Assembly: GCF_006345805.1 (NCBI RefSeq)
Contig: NC_042999.1
Coordinates: forward strand, 142,414,001 to 142,478,000
From: Octopus sinensis
Taxonomy: Eukaryota
Length of the DNA: 64,000 nucleotides
Direction: 5' to 3'
In this document: positions 41,384 through 53,660 of the stretch, in pieces
How the letters are laid out: each line of letters begins with the position of its first letter
Position numbering within the stretch: the stretch's first letter is position 1
Made by a program: the position numbers and the translations under genes
The notes under the pieces: model-generated
What the model saw: the letters and a program-made list of their open reading frames with translations, nothing else
Database searches by the model: none
Told to the model about the DNA's origin: nothing

Positions 41384-41388
<5 letters not shown>
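40141..41388 (+). mobile_element. Degenerate Tc1/mariner transposon, DD37D (maT)-like
   Basis: TA|CAGGG start with an imperfect inverted end tgatcaccct. The decayed ORF 40298-41315 contains NPKRNIRKLA, CTDEK, MMWVGVT, QQDG--SHT and SPGLNLMDFGIW. Confidence 0.85.
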
Positions 41389-41474
<86 letters not shown>

Positions 41475-42056
41475 ATATACACACACCCACACACAAACAT
41501 ACACACTTTGTATCTGGTGAAAAGATCTTCATTTGCAGATTAACAGTGTTACCAATGGTTTTGTGTGGAAAGAATTTCCACAATTCCCAAGCAACCCACT
41601 TAAAAATGCTGGTAATCAGTCCCATTTTGGATTGTATTCTCATCTAAAATAGAAATTATTACCGATAATTTTAAGAGGGTCTCTTGAAAATTGTGGAAAT
41701 TCTTTCCTCATGAAACCATTGGTAGTGTTGTTAATCCACAAATAAAGCCTATATATATATATACTTTTTTTATATGTGCCCTTTTCATGGGCCCGGTTTC
41801 CCAGTTTCTGTGGCATATGTGTTCCCCGAGCTGGACAGGATGCCAGACCATCGCAGCATTACTCAAGAAGCAGGAAGAAAGAGTGAGAAAGTTGGGGCAA
41901 AAGAGTACAACAGGGGTCACCACCACTCCCTGCCGGAGCCTCGTGGAGCTTTAGGTGTTTTCGCTCAATAAACACACACAACGCCCGGTCTGGGAATCGA
42001 AAGCGCTATCCTCCGACCGTGAGTCCACTGCCCTAACCACTGTGCCATTGCACCTC

Positions 42057-42273
<217 letters not shown>

Positions 42274-43239
42274 GTACACATGCACATATATATATATGTA
42301 CGTACACATGCACATATATATATATGTACGTACACACGCACATCCATGCATATGTGTGTGTGTGTGTTTTTGTGCATATACATATATATTATAACTGTAT
42401 TAACAATTCTTCATCTTGATACTTTACTACATGATAGAATATATTGATGGATTTCTGGTTAATAATGTATGTATTCACAGACATAAACATCTTTGACTAT
42501 AGGGAAAGCAAAAATCATCCAGACTAATTTCAGTCCTATGCTGGGATTTCAATAGTAACTGAGTACTTTTGTAAGCTGTCCACAGAGACACTACTTAAAA
42601 CTCCATTGTTGTCAAGGGCAACATTGATTAATGCCTTACTGTTTATAAAGGCCATTTGTCTAATAATATAGTGTAGGTTAAATACCGACAGATGTGTTCT
42701 GTAGAATAGTATTATAGCAGTGAAACAAAATTCTGTAAACAGATCAATAATTAATTAATAAAACAAGCTGAAAAGTGTGTTACATATGCAGTCTGGTCAA
42801 CCTGATCTACTTAATTCTTTAGTATCATATATTGTGACATACAAACTGATGTAATATATAATGTAAACATGTAGAATCAAATTAAAAAAATTGTTAGTAT
42901 CTTTCCAAATCCTGCTGCATTTCACATGGAATTTTTGGTTCTTCAAAGTCGTCTTGGTTTAAAAGCTTACCTCCCTTTTTTGGCTGTAAATTTTCTTAAG
43001 AAAAGTTTCACTTGTATGCCAGAAAAAACAGCAATAGTGAACATTGGTGAACAATGTTTCTGTAGACAGTTAAAGAGGATACTCAGGTACTGATGAAATC
43101 CTAACACAAGCTGGTCACTCTTCATTTGTCTATGAGAATATTGCATATAATGATGAAATTTCTACATATCTCTATCTCTATACTATGTTGATATTTTCTG
43201 CAGTAGGGCATATATATATATATAGTTAATCCAAACATG

Positions 43240-43410
43240 AAAACACAAAGAGAAAACACAATAACAGAAGGATGTGGAACAAGTATAGTGTTATTGGACG
43301 CTCAGGAAAGGAAAGAAAGAAGGAGAATTTAACGTCAGAAACAAAGAAATAGGAAAGGTCCAAGGAAGGGAAGATGGAGAAAGAAAATCGCCAATGATAC
43401 ATGCGCGGTC
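43240..43410 (-). mobile_element. Inverted PLE terminal-repeat fragment upstream of the Neptune-like ORF
   Basis: Minus strand shares tttcctgagcg, ttgttccac and gtttggattaa+(TA)n with 47680-47760(+). The hammerhead position is collapsed to tttCTGACGTTaaa. Confidence 0.65.
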
Positions 43411-43629
43411 ACATATATATATATATTCATACACTAAAGTGGATTACTAATATACTAAAGATAGACATCAAATCTTTAGTGGAATCCACTTTAATGGTCA
43501 TTCCTCTTAATGATTGTAATATAATTTTTAAATCTTCAGGTTTTTTAAATATGCTAGACCACTAGTTTAAATTGATGTTAATTGATTGATATCAATATCT
43601 ACCCTTATTATTTAATTACATATATACAC

Positions 43630-43662
<33 letters not shown>

Positions 43663-43894
43663 TGTATGTATGTATGCATGTATGTATGTATGTATGCATG
43701 TATGTATGTATGTATGTATGTATGTATGTATGCTTGTATGTATGCGTGTATGTGTGTGTGTGTGTGTATATATATATGTATATATATACATATATATATC
43801 ATGTATATATGTATATATATATCATCAGTGTCATCAGTGGCAGCAGCATTTAAAGTGTCTACTTTACCATGCTGCAGGAAAAGGTAGGTATTAA

Positions 43895-44780
43895 GATGAT
43901 GAAACCTACGGATTCCCACCTCTATCTCAACTTCTCTTCCTCCCACCCCTTCCACACCAAACGAGCCATCCCCTACTCCCAGTTCCTCCGCCTCCGACGT
44001 TTGTGCAGCCGCGACCAGGATTTCGAGACCCAATCTCAATACCTGGCCCGCATGTTCAGACTCCGAGGTTACCCACCCATACTCCTCTCTGATGCCCTCA
44101 TCCGCGCCCGTCGCATCGACCGCACTACCGCCCTGTCTCCTTCCCCCCGCCCACCCCCAACCGCACCCCTTCCCCCTCCTTTTCCACCCCTCTACCCTAC
44201 CCCTTCGTCGCAAGATACTACGTGCCTTCCGTCGCCTCCAGCTTGATCCCACCACCCGCCCCATTTTCCCTAACCCACCCCTGTCCTCCTTTAAACGAGC
44301 CCGCAATCTGCGTGACCTCCTGGTCCACAGCACCCTCTCTCCTTCCCCCTCAGCCCCACACGGATCATTCCCTTGCTCTAGATCCCGCTGCAACACACTT
44401 GCCCCTTCATCACCACACCACTGCTGTCACCGGCTCCAACCAGCATACTGTACGCATTAGGCACTCTTTACGTGCACCTCGTCTGGCCTTATTTACTGCA
44501 TTAAATGCAACCTATGCGGGATGCTGTATGTAGGACAGACGGGACGCCGTTGTCCCGACCGTTTCACTGAACATTTGAGGGACGTTCGCCTACACTTTTT
44601 CTCCTGTCGCACACGCCACTTCCGCTCGGCCGGCCATTCCCTAGATGACATCTCAGTGTTTGGTCTCGCCCCCACATGGTTGCCCACTTTCCAGGCTCCA
44701 CTTGGAGCAACGCTACATCTTCACCCTACAAACTACTACTCCACACGGACTTAACACAGCCCCCCTCTTGAGATCCTTCT
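43895..44780 (+). mobile_element. Neptune-like Penelope element, 5'-truncated (RT thumb, Cys linker, GIY-YIG endonuclease)
   Basis: KPTDSHLYLNFSSSHP...AIPYSQFLRLRRLCS; FKRARNLRDLLVHS; PCSRSRCNT; GLIYCIKCNLCGMLYVGQTGR..RFTEH; EQRYIFTLQT..PHGLN. Frameshifts but CpG-rich, so it looks young. Confidence 0.92.
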
Positions 44781-44799
44781 TTTTTTTTTTTTTTTTTCC

Positions 44800-46900
44800 C
44801 CCCTCCGATACACCACCCACACACACACACCTACCTACCTCCCACACGCCTGTTCACACACACACATACGTAGACCCATCTACGTACATACATTCACACA
44901 TTTAATCACACACACTTATAGACATACATGCACACACTAACATACAAACCAACATGCACATACACACACACATACATACATACACACACACATACATACT
45001 TACACACACACACACACAGACATACATACACACATACATACACACATACATACGCACATACATACACACACACTCACACACACACACCGCACGTACATAC
45101 TTCACACACACCGCACGTACATACTTCACACACACACACATGCACACATACATGTAGGCACACACATACATACATACCCACACATGCACACCCTTACACT
45201 GAATGCACACACACATACACCTTTTTGCATCCAGGCAGCCCCCCCCCTCTTTTCTGCTTTCCGGTTTTGGCTGATGGATCCTCGGTTCCCGCGTAGCGGG
45301 GCGTTCGAGGGCCTTTGCGCTCGCGCGCGCTGGGGGCTTGGTCGGCCCCATGGGCTTGCGTTGTATTGCTTGTGCGTTGTGTGCGTGAGCGCGCTTCGTG
45401 TGTGTGGGCTTGCTTCGGATGTGCGCATGCGTATGTATGCATACATACCCACACACTCGCATGCATCCCTACCCACATACATACACGCACACCTACTCAC
45501 ACACACCATACACACACACACACACATACCCGCACACCACACATACATACATACACACACATACCTACTTCAGACATACACACACAGACATACACCCATA
45601 CACTCACACTCACACGCATACACCACACACATACACACGCACATGTACACATACACACACACACACACACACCTACATACATACATTACACTTGTACACA
45701 CACACACTTACATTCATACACACACCACCTACACAGCCATACCCTCACTCAGACACACACACCTACCTACACACAAACACACACAACAACACACACACCC
45801 ATACATACATACATCTACACACACACGCCTACACACATACATACACACATACATAAACACACAACACATACACATACACCACATACGCACACACACATAT
45901 ACTTATACACATGCACACACACACCACATACATACATACACCCATACACATACACACACACATACCTACATACTCCTATACGCACATACATACACACAGA
46001 CATACACACATACACACTCACACAAACATACACACACACATACTTACACACACACTCGCCTGCACGCGCACACACATGCATGACAAACACCTATACACTC
46101 ACACTCACATATGCACACACCACATAAACACGCACACGCACACACACACCTACACTCCCACCACATACATACGCACCTACATACACACACGCACGCATAC
46201 ACACGCACCACACACCATACACACATACATTACACACGTACACCACACCTACATACACATGCAACACACACACACAACATGCACACACCCCCAGACATAC
46301 ATACATACACCTATATACACACGCCCACACACCTACATACACACACATACACACACACATACACGGACACACCCATACATACTTACATACATACACCTAT
46401 ACACACACGCCTACACACCTACATACACACATGCATACACACACACATGTACGCACATACACACACATATACGCACATACATATATACCACACACATGCA
46501 CACCACACACATACGCACATGCATGCATGCATGCACACGCGCACACCTACACGCATACACACACACACACGCACGTACACATACATACATACACACACAC
46601 ATACATACACCCATACACATACATGCATCCTACACACACATACATACACACTCACACATACATACACACACACACACTCACTCACACACCTGTATGTACG
46701 CGCACACACATGCACATACACACACTTCCACACACCCACACGTACATACATACACACTCATACACATACACACACACACACACGGACATACATCTATGCA
46801 CACACATATATACACACATACTCACATACATTCATCGGACACACTGACACCCAGACATACACACAGACACACTCACACATCCACACACATACATACTTAC
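44800..46900. repeat. Long degenerate (CA)/(CATA)n microsatellite field
   Basis: Directly visible; source of the spurious H/T/Y/I-rich ORFs up to 470 aa. Confidence 0.95.
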
Positions 46901-47627
46901 GCGCATACTCGCAGGCGCGCGCACACACGCGCTTGCGCCGGTTCGCGCACGCATACGCGCTGCATGCACCTCGCTCTTGGACCCGACGAGACCTCCCGCT
47001 CGTTCCTGGGACCGTCGCTTGTCGTTGGGTTCTCCCACGCCCGTCTCCGCGGGACCACTCTTCCATCTTCCCCTCAGCTGGAGTCCTTTTTCCTTAACCC
47101 CCCTTTTTTGTTACACACACGCGCACACATATACACACCCACTCACACACACACATTGCTTAAATATATACATTACTCTTACACACATTCAATCTACTCG
47201 CCATTAATACTACCACGACACTGGACACACACACACTACTACTCAACACACGCTGGCACGCTACATACGCCCCCACCCCTTCCCCTCCCTCCCTTCCTCC
47301 TTCCTTCATTTTCTTACTACTGACCACTGTCTGCTATGCCTACTACTGTCTCGCCCTACCTCACACGCCTACACACTAACACATACATATATTTTTTGTT
47401 TTTTTATCTTGCCTCACACACACATACACACACGCACACGCACACACTCACACATCTGTTGCGTTACCAACCCTGTCTCCACTCTTTTTGCTTTAAAAAC
47501 CTACTTTGCTCTTGTTATCGTAAACTTCCGCCTTTCACCATGTGTACTTCGTAAACACCAGTCGTTTTTTTCTCCATCTCCTGTTGCCCGCTTTGGGATC
47601 TTTCTTTCCTCTCTCTTCCTTCTTTAT

Positions 47628-47662
47628 GTTTCCGACGAAGAGCTCCGCTCGAAACGTCATAC
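47628..47662 (+). ncRNA. Degenerate minimal hammerhead motif (family H3) in PLE 3' terminal repeat
   Basis: gttt CCGACGA a GAGC tcc GCTC GAAA CG TC atac. U4 is changed to C and stem I has one mismatch. Confidence 0.45.
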
Positions 47663-47961
47663 CTTCCTGCTTCCATATTTCCTGAGCGCCTATTAATAAT
47701 AATACTGTAATTGTTCCACTGTTGTTGTTTTTTTGTTTTCCCGTTTGGATTAAAATTATATATATATATATATATATATTATCCAAAATGTATAGTATTA
47801 AATATCCATCATGGTTGGTCTTACCAATTGGTTTCGCATAAAGAATGCAATGGGGTATTAGGTAACAAACCAATTATATAACTTTACATTCATCAGAGTT
47901 AGCAGATATGGAAGGCAATATGGGGACTCATGATCTCTTAGATGAATCATGTATGTGTGTG

Positions 47962-47999
<38 letters not shown>

Positions 48000-48089
48000 A
48001 CTATAAGAAAATGGAGGGGATCAAGAGGTGGTATTCATCAACTTTTAGACATTACATTATATCTATTTATTATATTATATATATAATAT

Positions 48090-48188
<99 letters not shown>

Positions 48189-48915
48189 ATTTAGCTGTGT
48201 GTGTGTGTAATTATATATATATATGTATATGTATATATTTTATGTTGAGTAATATATTCTTGTTTATGGATGGTCAGAAAGTGACCATTGGTTTAATGCC
48301 TATCATTGCAATATACACTTTATGAATATACTACACATCTACATAAAACATAACTGCTAATTTCTCTGACTGAATCAGTAAAACATAAAGTGACAAGGCT
48401 GGTCATTTGAATAATACGTAGAATTCATCCAATGGGCTTCCACACAGTTTTTATCTACCTAATTTCACTCACAAAATTTGGGTTGACTAAAGGCTTTTCT
48501 GAAAAAGACTTGCCCAAGACATTACACAGTGGAATTAAACCCAAGATCTCATGATTGCAAAGTAAACATTTTAAGCATTTGGCAATGTCTGTTTTTACTC
48601 ACACACACACACACACACGCACATGCACGCACACACACATGCACGCACACACACATGATATATTGATACATATAGATATGCATGTATACTCACACATGTA
48701 TATATACATATATACGTATATATATAGATCAGAGATTAGAATCAGATATTCTCCATATAGAATACACTTAGTAGTGTTCGAGGGATTCAAACTTGACTGG
48801 GTATAGAAATAAATGTAGGGATAAGCAAGTTAGACAGATCGATATTGGTCTATGTATGTATATATACATACACCATATGTATATATCCTTTGCATATAAA
48901 CATGCATGTTATGTA

Positions 48916-48947
<32 letters not shown>

Positions 48948-49276
48948 TGTGTGTGTGTGTGTATTTATGTATGTATGCACAAACACAGACAGTACACACA
49001 CTCACTCACACACACACACATACACACATACGCATACACACATACACATACACACACACATACAAAGAAATATGTTTCCACAAATATATGTTTATGTATG
49101 TATACATGTATTTGTAGACATACTTTCTTTCTTAAAACTTGCATGTCAGCTATAAGAAAATAAGAATGAAACTGTTATGTATATCTATATATATATGAGT
49201 GTGTGTGTATGTGTGTGTGTGGGGGGTGTAATTGGTTTCCATGTTTCATTTAATCATTATCGGTTTTTATGTTTCT

Positions 49277-49511
49277 TTAATCTGGAAATAGATTTTCTTT
49301 AAAATCTTTGGATTTTGATTTTGAAGAATTGGTATGTTTCCCACCATTGGGAGTGCTGTCTAAGCTTGAAAAATCAACTTGTTCTGTCAGAGTGTACCAC
49401 TGAGCAAGTGGCTTGCGAGGATTCTCCAGCATCTCATACCAGTGATCTCTACCAATACCAGGAAAATGAGGACCAATTCCACAGCAGCCCATTACTTCAT
49501 TGCTTCCAATT
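49277..49511 (-). CDS. Syt: Synaptotagmin terminal coding exon (end of C2B plus C-terminal tail, TAA stop)
   Basis: tatcttcag|A ATT GGA AGC... follows a 100-bp intron (49512-49611) and completes AG|A = R. Encodes IGSNEVMGCCGIGPHFPGIGRDHWYEMLENPRKPLAQWYTL...KENLFPD*; GRDHW-EML--PRKP-A-W--L is the synaptotagmin C-terminal signature. Stop TAA at 49277-49279. Confidence 0.95.
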
Positions 49512-49611
49512 CTGAAGATAATAAACAGGTAAATAGATAAATAAACAAATGAAGAGAAATGAAGGTGAAAAGTTTTCGGATAGTTATGATGCGCAAGAAC
49601 TTCTGTCGTAC

Positions 49612-49783
49612 CTGTCATAGTCGACGACCTTGATGACCAAACTGATCTCCTCAATGTGTTCTTGGGGTACATCAAATACTATGGCTTCATTGTAGACAGG
49701 CCGCAGGGTGCTTCTCTTCACACTTGTCTTTCGCTTGCGTATTCGTTTGCCTTGGCACATCAGTGCTACTTTGACATAGGGAT
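49612..49783 (-). CDS. Syt: Synaptotagmin coding exon (C2B core)
   Basis: tcttcag|AT CCC TAT GTC...GAC TAT GAC AG|gtacga; 172 bp encoding (D)[56 protein letters not shown](R). Phase joins the upstream exon (G|AT = D) across a 10,376-bp GT-AG intron (49784-60159). Confidence 0.96.
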
Positions 49784-49955
49784 CTGAAGACAAACAGAAT
49801 GGATTTGTATGTATATACTCACACACACACACACACACACATATACACATATATATATATATAAAGGGAGAATTTACGAAAAAAACAAAAGATGAAGACA
49901 GGTAGTGTAGAAAATAAACAGATGTATTAGTATAACGCTCGGAAATTGAAAAAGT

Positions 49956-49991
49956 CTTTTATGTTTTGAGCCTACGCTCTTCCACAGAAAG
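49956..49991 (-). ncRNA. Decayed minimal hammerhead motif (family H3)
   Basis: Minus strand: cuuu CUGUGGA a GAGC guag GCUC AAAA CA UA aaag. Both CpG positions of cGAAAcg are mutated, consistent with deamination. Confidence 0.4.
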
Positions 49992-50096
49992 GAACACAGA
50001 AAAAAACAAGAAGAGAAAAGAAATGTGTGTAGTGGCTACTGATCTATACATACACACATATACATACATACATACATACATGCATACATACATACA

Positions 50097-50132
<36 letters not shown>

Positions 50133-50248
50133 TATCATATATAATATATAACGGGAAGCTTTATGTAAATAAACAAAAGACGAAGGCAGGTGGAAAACAA
50201 ACGAACAATTGTATTAGTATGGCGCTCAGGAAATATAAATAAAACAAG

Positions 50249-50286
50249 TCTTTAACGTTTCGAGCCTACGCTCTTCAACAGAAAGA
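50249..50286 (-). ncRNA. Minimal type I hammerhead motif with ACGU palindromic stem III (family H3)
   Basis: Minus strand: UCUUU-CUGUUGA-a-GAGC guag GCUC-GAAA-CG-UU-AAAGA. 5-bp stem I, 4-bp stem II, A6-to-U variant core. Confidence 0.6.
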
Positions 50287-50953
50287 TACACAGAGAGAGA
50301 AAAACACAGAAAGAAGGAGAGAAAAAAAATGCGTGCAGTAGCTAACGAATCAACATGGCGATCTGATTTCGGCCAGAGGTCAAAGATCAAACATGAGACG
50401 CGAGAGCGAAATAAGGGGAGATAATAGGGTTGATAAAAGGGTTGAGGGACCAGCTAATAGTGCGTAGGAGGGGTCTGGATGTGTGTATGTATAGGGTTGG
50501 TGTATGTATTAGTATGTATAAGGGTGTGTGTGTGTGTGTGTGTGTATGAGAGAGTATTAGTGCGTAGGATTGGTCTGGACGTGCGTATATATGTATATAT
50601 ATACAAATATATATATTTATATATATACATGCATACATACATACATACATACATACATAATATAAGATTCAGTTGCATTAGGTACTTAAATTGAGGCACT
50701 TTGTTAGGGCGGAATAATATACACACACAACAACAATATTATGTAAACATCAACCTTGGTACCTAAGTACCAGCTGGATGATATTTGTGCAGTGTATGCA
50801 GACAATTAGACCCAGCTGATAGAAGAAATCTGCTCTTGAGCTATTCAAACATGTATATTATATTAAATACATGTACATTAAATTTACAAAAGGCAGCTTC
50901 TGAGACAGGTGAATAAATATAGATGATTAACACCTGTACTTCTACTGTTACTC

Positions 50954-51042
<89 letters not shown>

Positions 51043-51460
51043 GAGAGAGAGAGGAGAGAGAGAGAAATTATGAGAGAGACAAGGAGAAAGATATATATTG
51101 CTATAGATACAAAGTAAGATAGGGGTTATGAATGTAACCTACTATGGGATATCAGTTATCGAATATACTGCTGCTAAGGTACCCAAATACTAACTGGTAA
51201 GGTACCCAAATACATAAATGCTTTTAATTGCAATGCAAGTAATTCATTTATTGTATTAAATGGGTGAAGGTAAAAAATATTTTTACTGTAAATTCATAAT
51301 GTAAATAAGAAAATGGAGAAACAAATTCATTTTGTTCATCAACTTACGGATATTACAACTACACATTATTTATTAATTATACAAATGGGAACATCAAAAT
51401 CGAACAAAACAATATACATCAATATGTAGTATAATGATAAAAATAATACAAATAAACTGC

Positions 51461-51592
51461 TCCTTACAGCTGTTTCAGCCTATGGTCAAGAGTCAATTCA
51501 ACTTATATTGTCTATAGATGTCAGTGTATTATGGTTTTAGGCATTACAAATTATACTTGTATGTTAAAATAACCAAAGGCCTCATCAGAGGA
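51461..51592 (-). ncRNA. Type I hammerhead motif with 83-nt stem II loop and CAGCUG palindromic stem III (family H4)
   Basis: Minus strand: UCCU-CUGAUGA-GGCCUUUGGUU...GACCAUAGGCU-GAAA-CAGCUG-UA-AGGA. The core is canonical, stem II pairs 10 of 11, and the triplet is GUA. Confidence 0.7.
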
Positions 51593-51695
51593 TATAATTA
51601 ACTTGAAAAGTATAATAATAATATTGATATACAAAACATGCTTCACTTATTATCCAGTATAAACAAATAAATAAATAATAAGACAAATATCCAAA

Positions 51696-51728
<33 letters not shown>

Positions 51729-52620
51729 CTTAAACACATATATACATATAAAAAATATACAAATATATATACATATACATACATAGGCAAATCGTACATA
51801 CTATTCACATGCGCAAAATACATAAAGAATAACATTGAACAATATATTACATTACATTGGGTATATCATGCGCCATATAGTCAAGTGAATGCATTCTAAT
51901 GTATATATAATACCACTACGTGGATGTATTAATTTTAATATCCATATAACAAAAATGTAAACATTGTGAAATCCAATATGCATATAACAGAGACTTATAT
52001 TTTGTGGACCTAACCAGCGTAGACATACAATTCGGATTGAATTTTTTGGATGCTAAAATTAAACTCGTTCGTGTTACGTGGATGCGTTAAGTAATATCTA
52101 GATTATGTTTGAATGATTAATATATTCTTATGCAAATATTTTGTTTGTGCATATGTGTATATATATATGTGTATGTGTGAATATTTATACTTCGTACCTT
52201 GTTTCATGAATTTTTGTATTGTTAGTATACATGAACATAGTGAGTATTTTCTGTTTAGTATTATAGTTAAAACAATAATACTGTTGGTGCTGTTAAACAT
52301 GGTAGTATATATACATTAGAATGCATTTACTTGACTATATGATGCATGATATACCCAATGTAATGTAATATATTGTTCAATGTTGTTCTTTATATATTTT
52401 GCGCATGTGATTACTATGTACGATTTGCCTATGTATGGATATGTATATATATTTGTATATTTTTTATATGTATATATGTGTTTATGTATATATATATATG
52501 TATATATATATGTGTATTTTGGATATTTGTCTTATTATTTATTTATTTGTTTATATTGGATAATAAATGAAGCATGTTTTGTATATCAATATTATTATTA
52601 TACTTTTCAAGTTAATTATA

Positions 52621-52752
52621 TCCTCTGATGAGGCCTTTGGTTATTTTAACATACAAGTATAATTTGTAATACCTAAAACCATAATACACTGACATCTATA
52701 GACAATATAAGTTGAATTGACTCTTGACCATAGGCTGAAACAGCTGTAAGGA
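52621..52752 (+). ncRNA. Type I hammerhead motif (family H4), mirror copy in the right arm of the inverted repeat
   Basis: tcct(52621-24) CTGATGA(52625-31) ggcctttggtt...gaccataggct(52726-36) GAAA(52737-40) cagctg TA agga(52749-52). Confidence 0.7.
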
Positions 52753-52938
52753 GCAGTTTATTTGTATTATTTTTATTATTATATTACATATTGATGTATA
52801 TTGTTTTGTTCGATTTTGATGTTCCCATTTGTATAATTAATAAATAATGTGTAGTTGTAATATCTGTAAGTTGATGAACGAAATGAATTTGTTTCTCCAT
52901 TTTCTTATTTGTATTGCTATAGATTATATATATTTACA

Positions 52939-52970
<32 letters not shown>

Positions 52971-53219
52971 CATACAATGAAAAGAAGATAAAGAAAATTC
53001 TTTAACACATCTTTATAATTAAAGTTAGCTGACTCAAAGGACTGGAAACAATCTGAATATTGGAAAAGAGTCACCAGTATCATGATGCTTTGCACTGAGT
53101 ATCAAAATGCTAACAGCATGACTGCTGCTCAATGCCTGTTGAATACTGTAAAGAGTTGTAATATATAACATAGACAGCTGCCACAGATACTATGAATCTG
53201 TAGCCAGCAAAAAGGGACA

Positions 53220-53660
53220 CAACCAGTGTTCTGATTGTGTTTGTGCACTGAAATTCATCTTTGAACAGAGCCATAGACTCAATTCAAATGGTTATATGAA
53301 GCTGCTGCAGACTGTGGTCAATCCCAAACTGCAGAGAGTATATGTGACAGCAGGATTTGGCTTTCTGCCTTCCTCCAGAAAAGGTCAGAAGTAGTTGTTA
53401 GAGAATTTCTATGACTTTACCAGCCCCAATTTCTGACCTCCCAATCCCTAAAATTGTAATTCCATTGATTACTATGTATGGGATGCAGTTGAGAATGACA
53501 CCAATGGCTCTGCCAGCAACACCAAAGCCAAGCTGGTGGCTAAGATCAAGGAAGTGTTCAAAGATCTTCCCAGGGGCGCAGTGAAGAATGTATGTTCCAG
53601 GTTTCAGGGTCATCTTGAGGCCATGGTGGAAACTGAGGGTGGCTACTTTGAGTAAACTGT
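53220..53660 (+). mobile_element. Tc1/mariner (maT-like) transposase 3' fragment
   Basis: QQDLA...ENFYDFTSPNF*PP...IDYYVWDAVEN...VCSRFQGHLEAMVETEGGYFE*. Confidence 0.75.

Larger units (their letters stand above)
51303..52910. repeat. Long inverted repeat: arms 51303-51915 and 52300-52910, spacer about 385 bp
   Basis: The arms are reverse complements along about 610 bp with only scattered substitutions and TA-length differences. Confidence 0.95.

Noticed and set aside
44902-47323. Long ORFs of 120-470 aa rich in H/T/Y/I or C/V/M
   Set aside because: They are translations of CA/TG/TA microsatellites, which lack stop codons. The same applies to ORFs at 23264-24705, 25955-27257, 41955-42383, 47942-49163 and 63190-63417.
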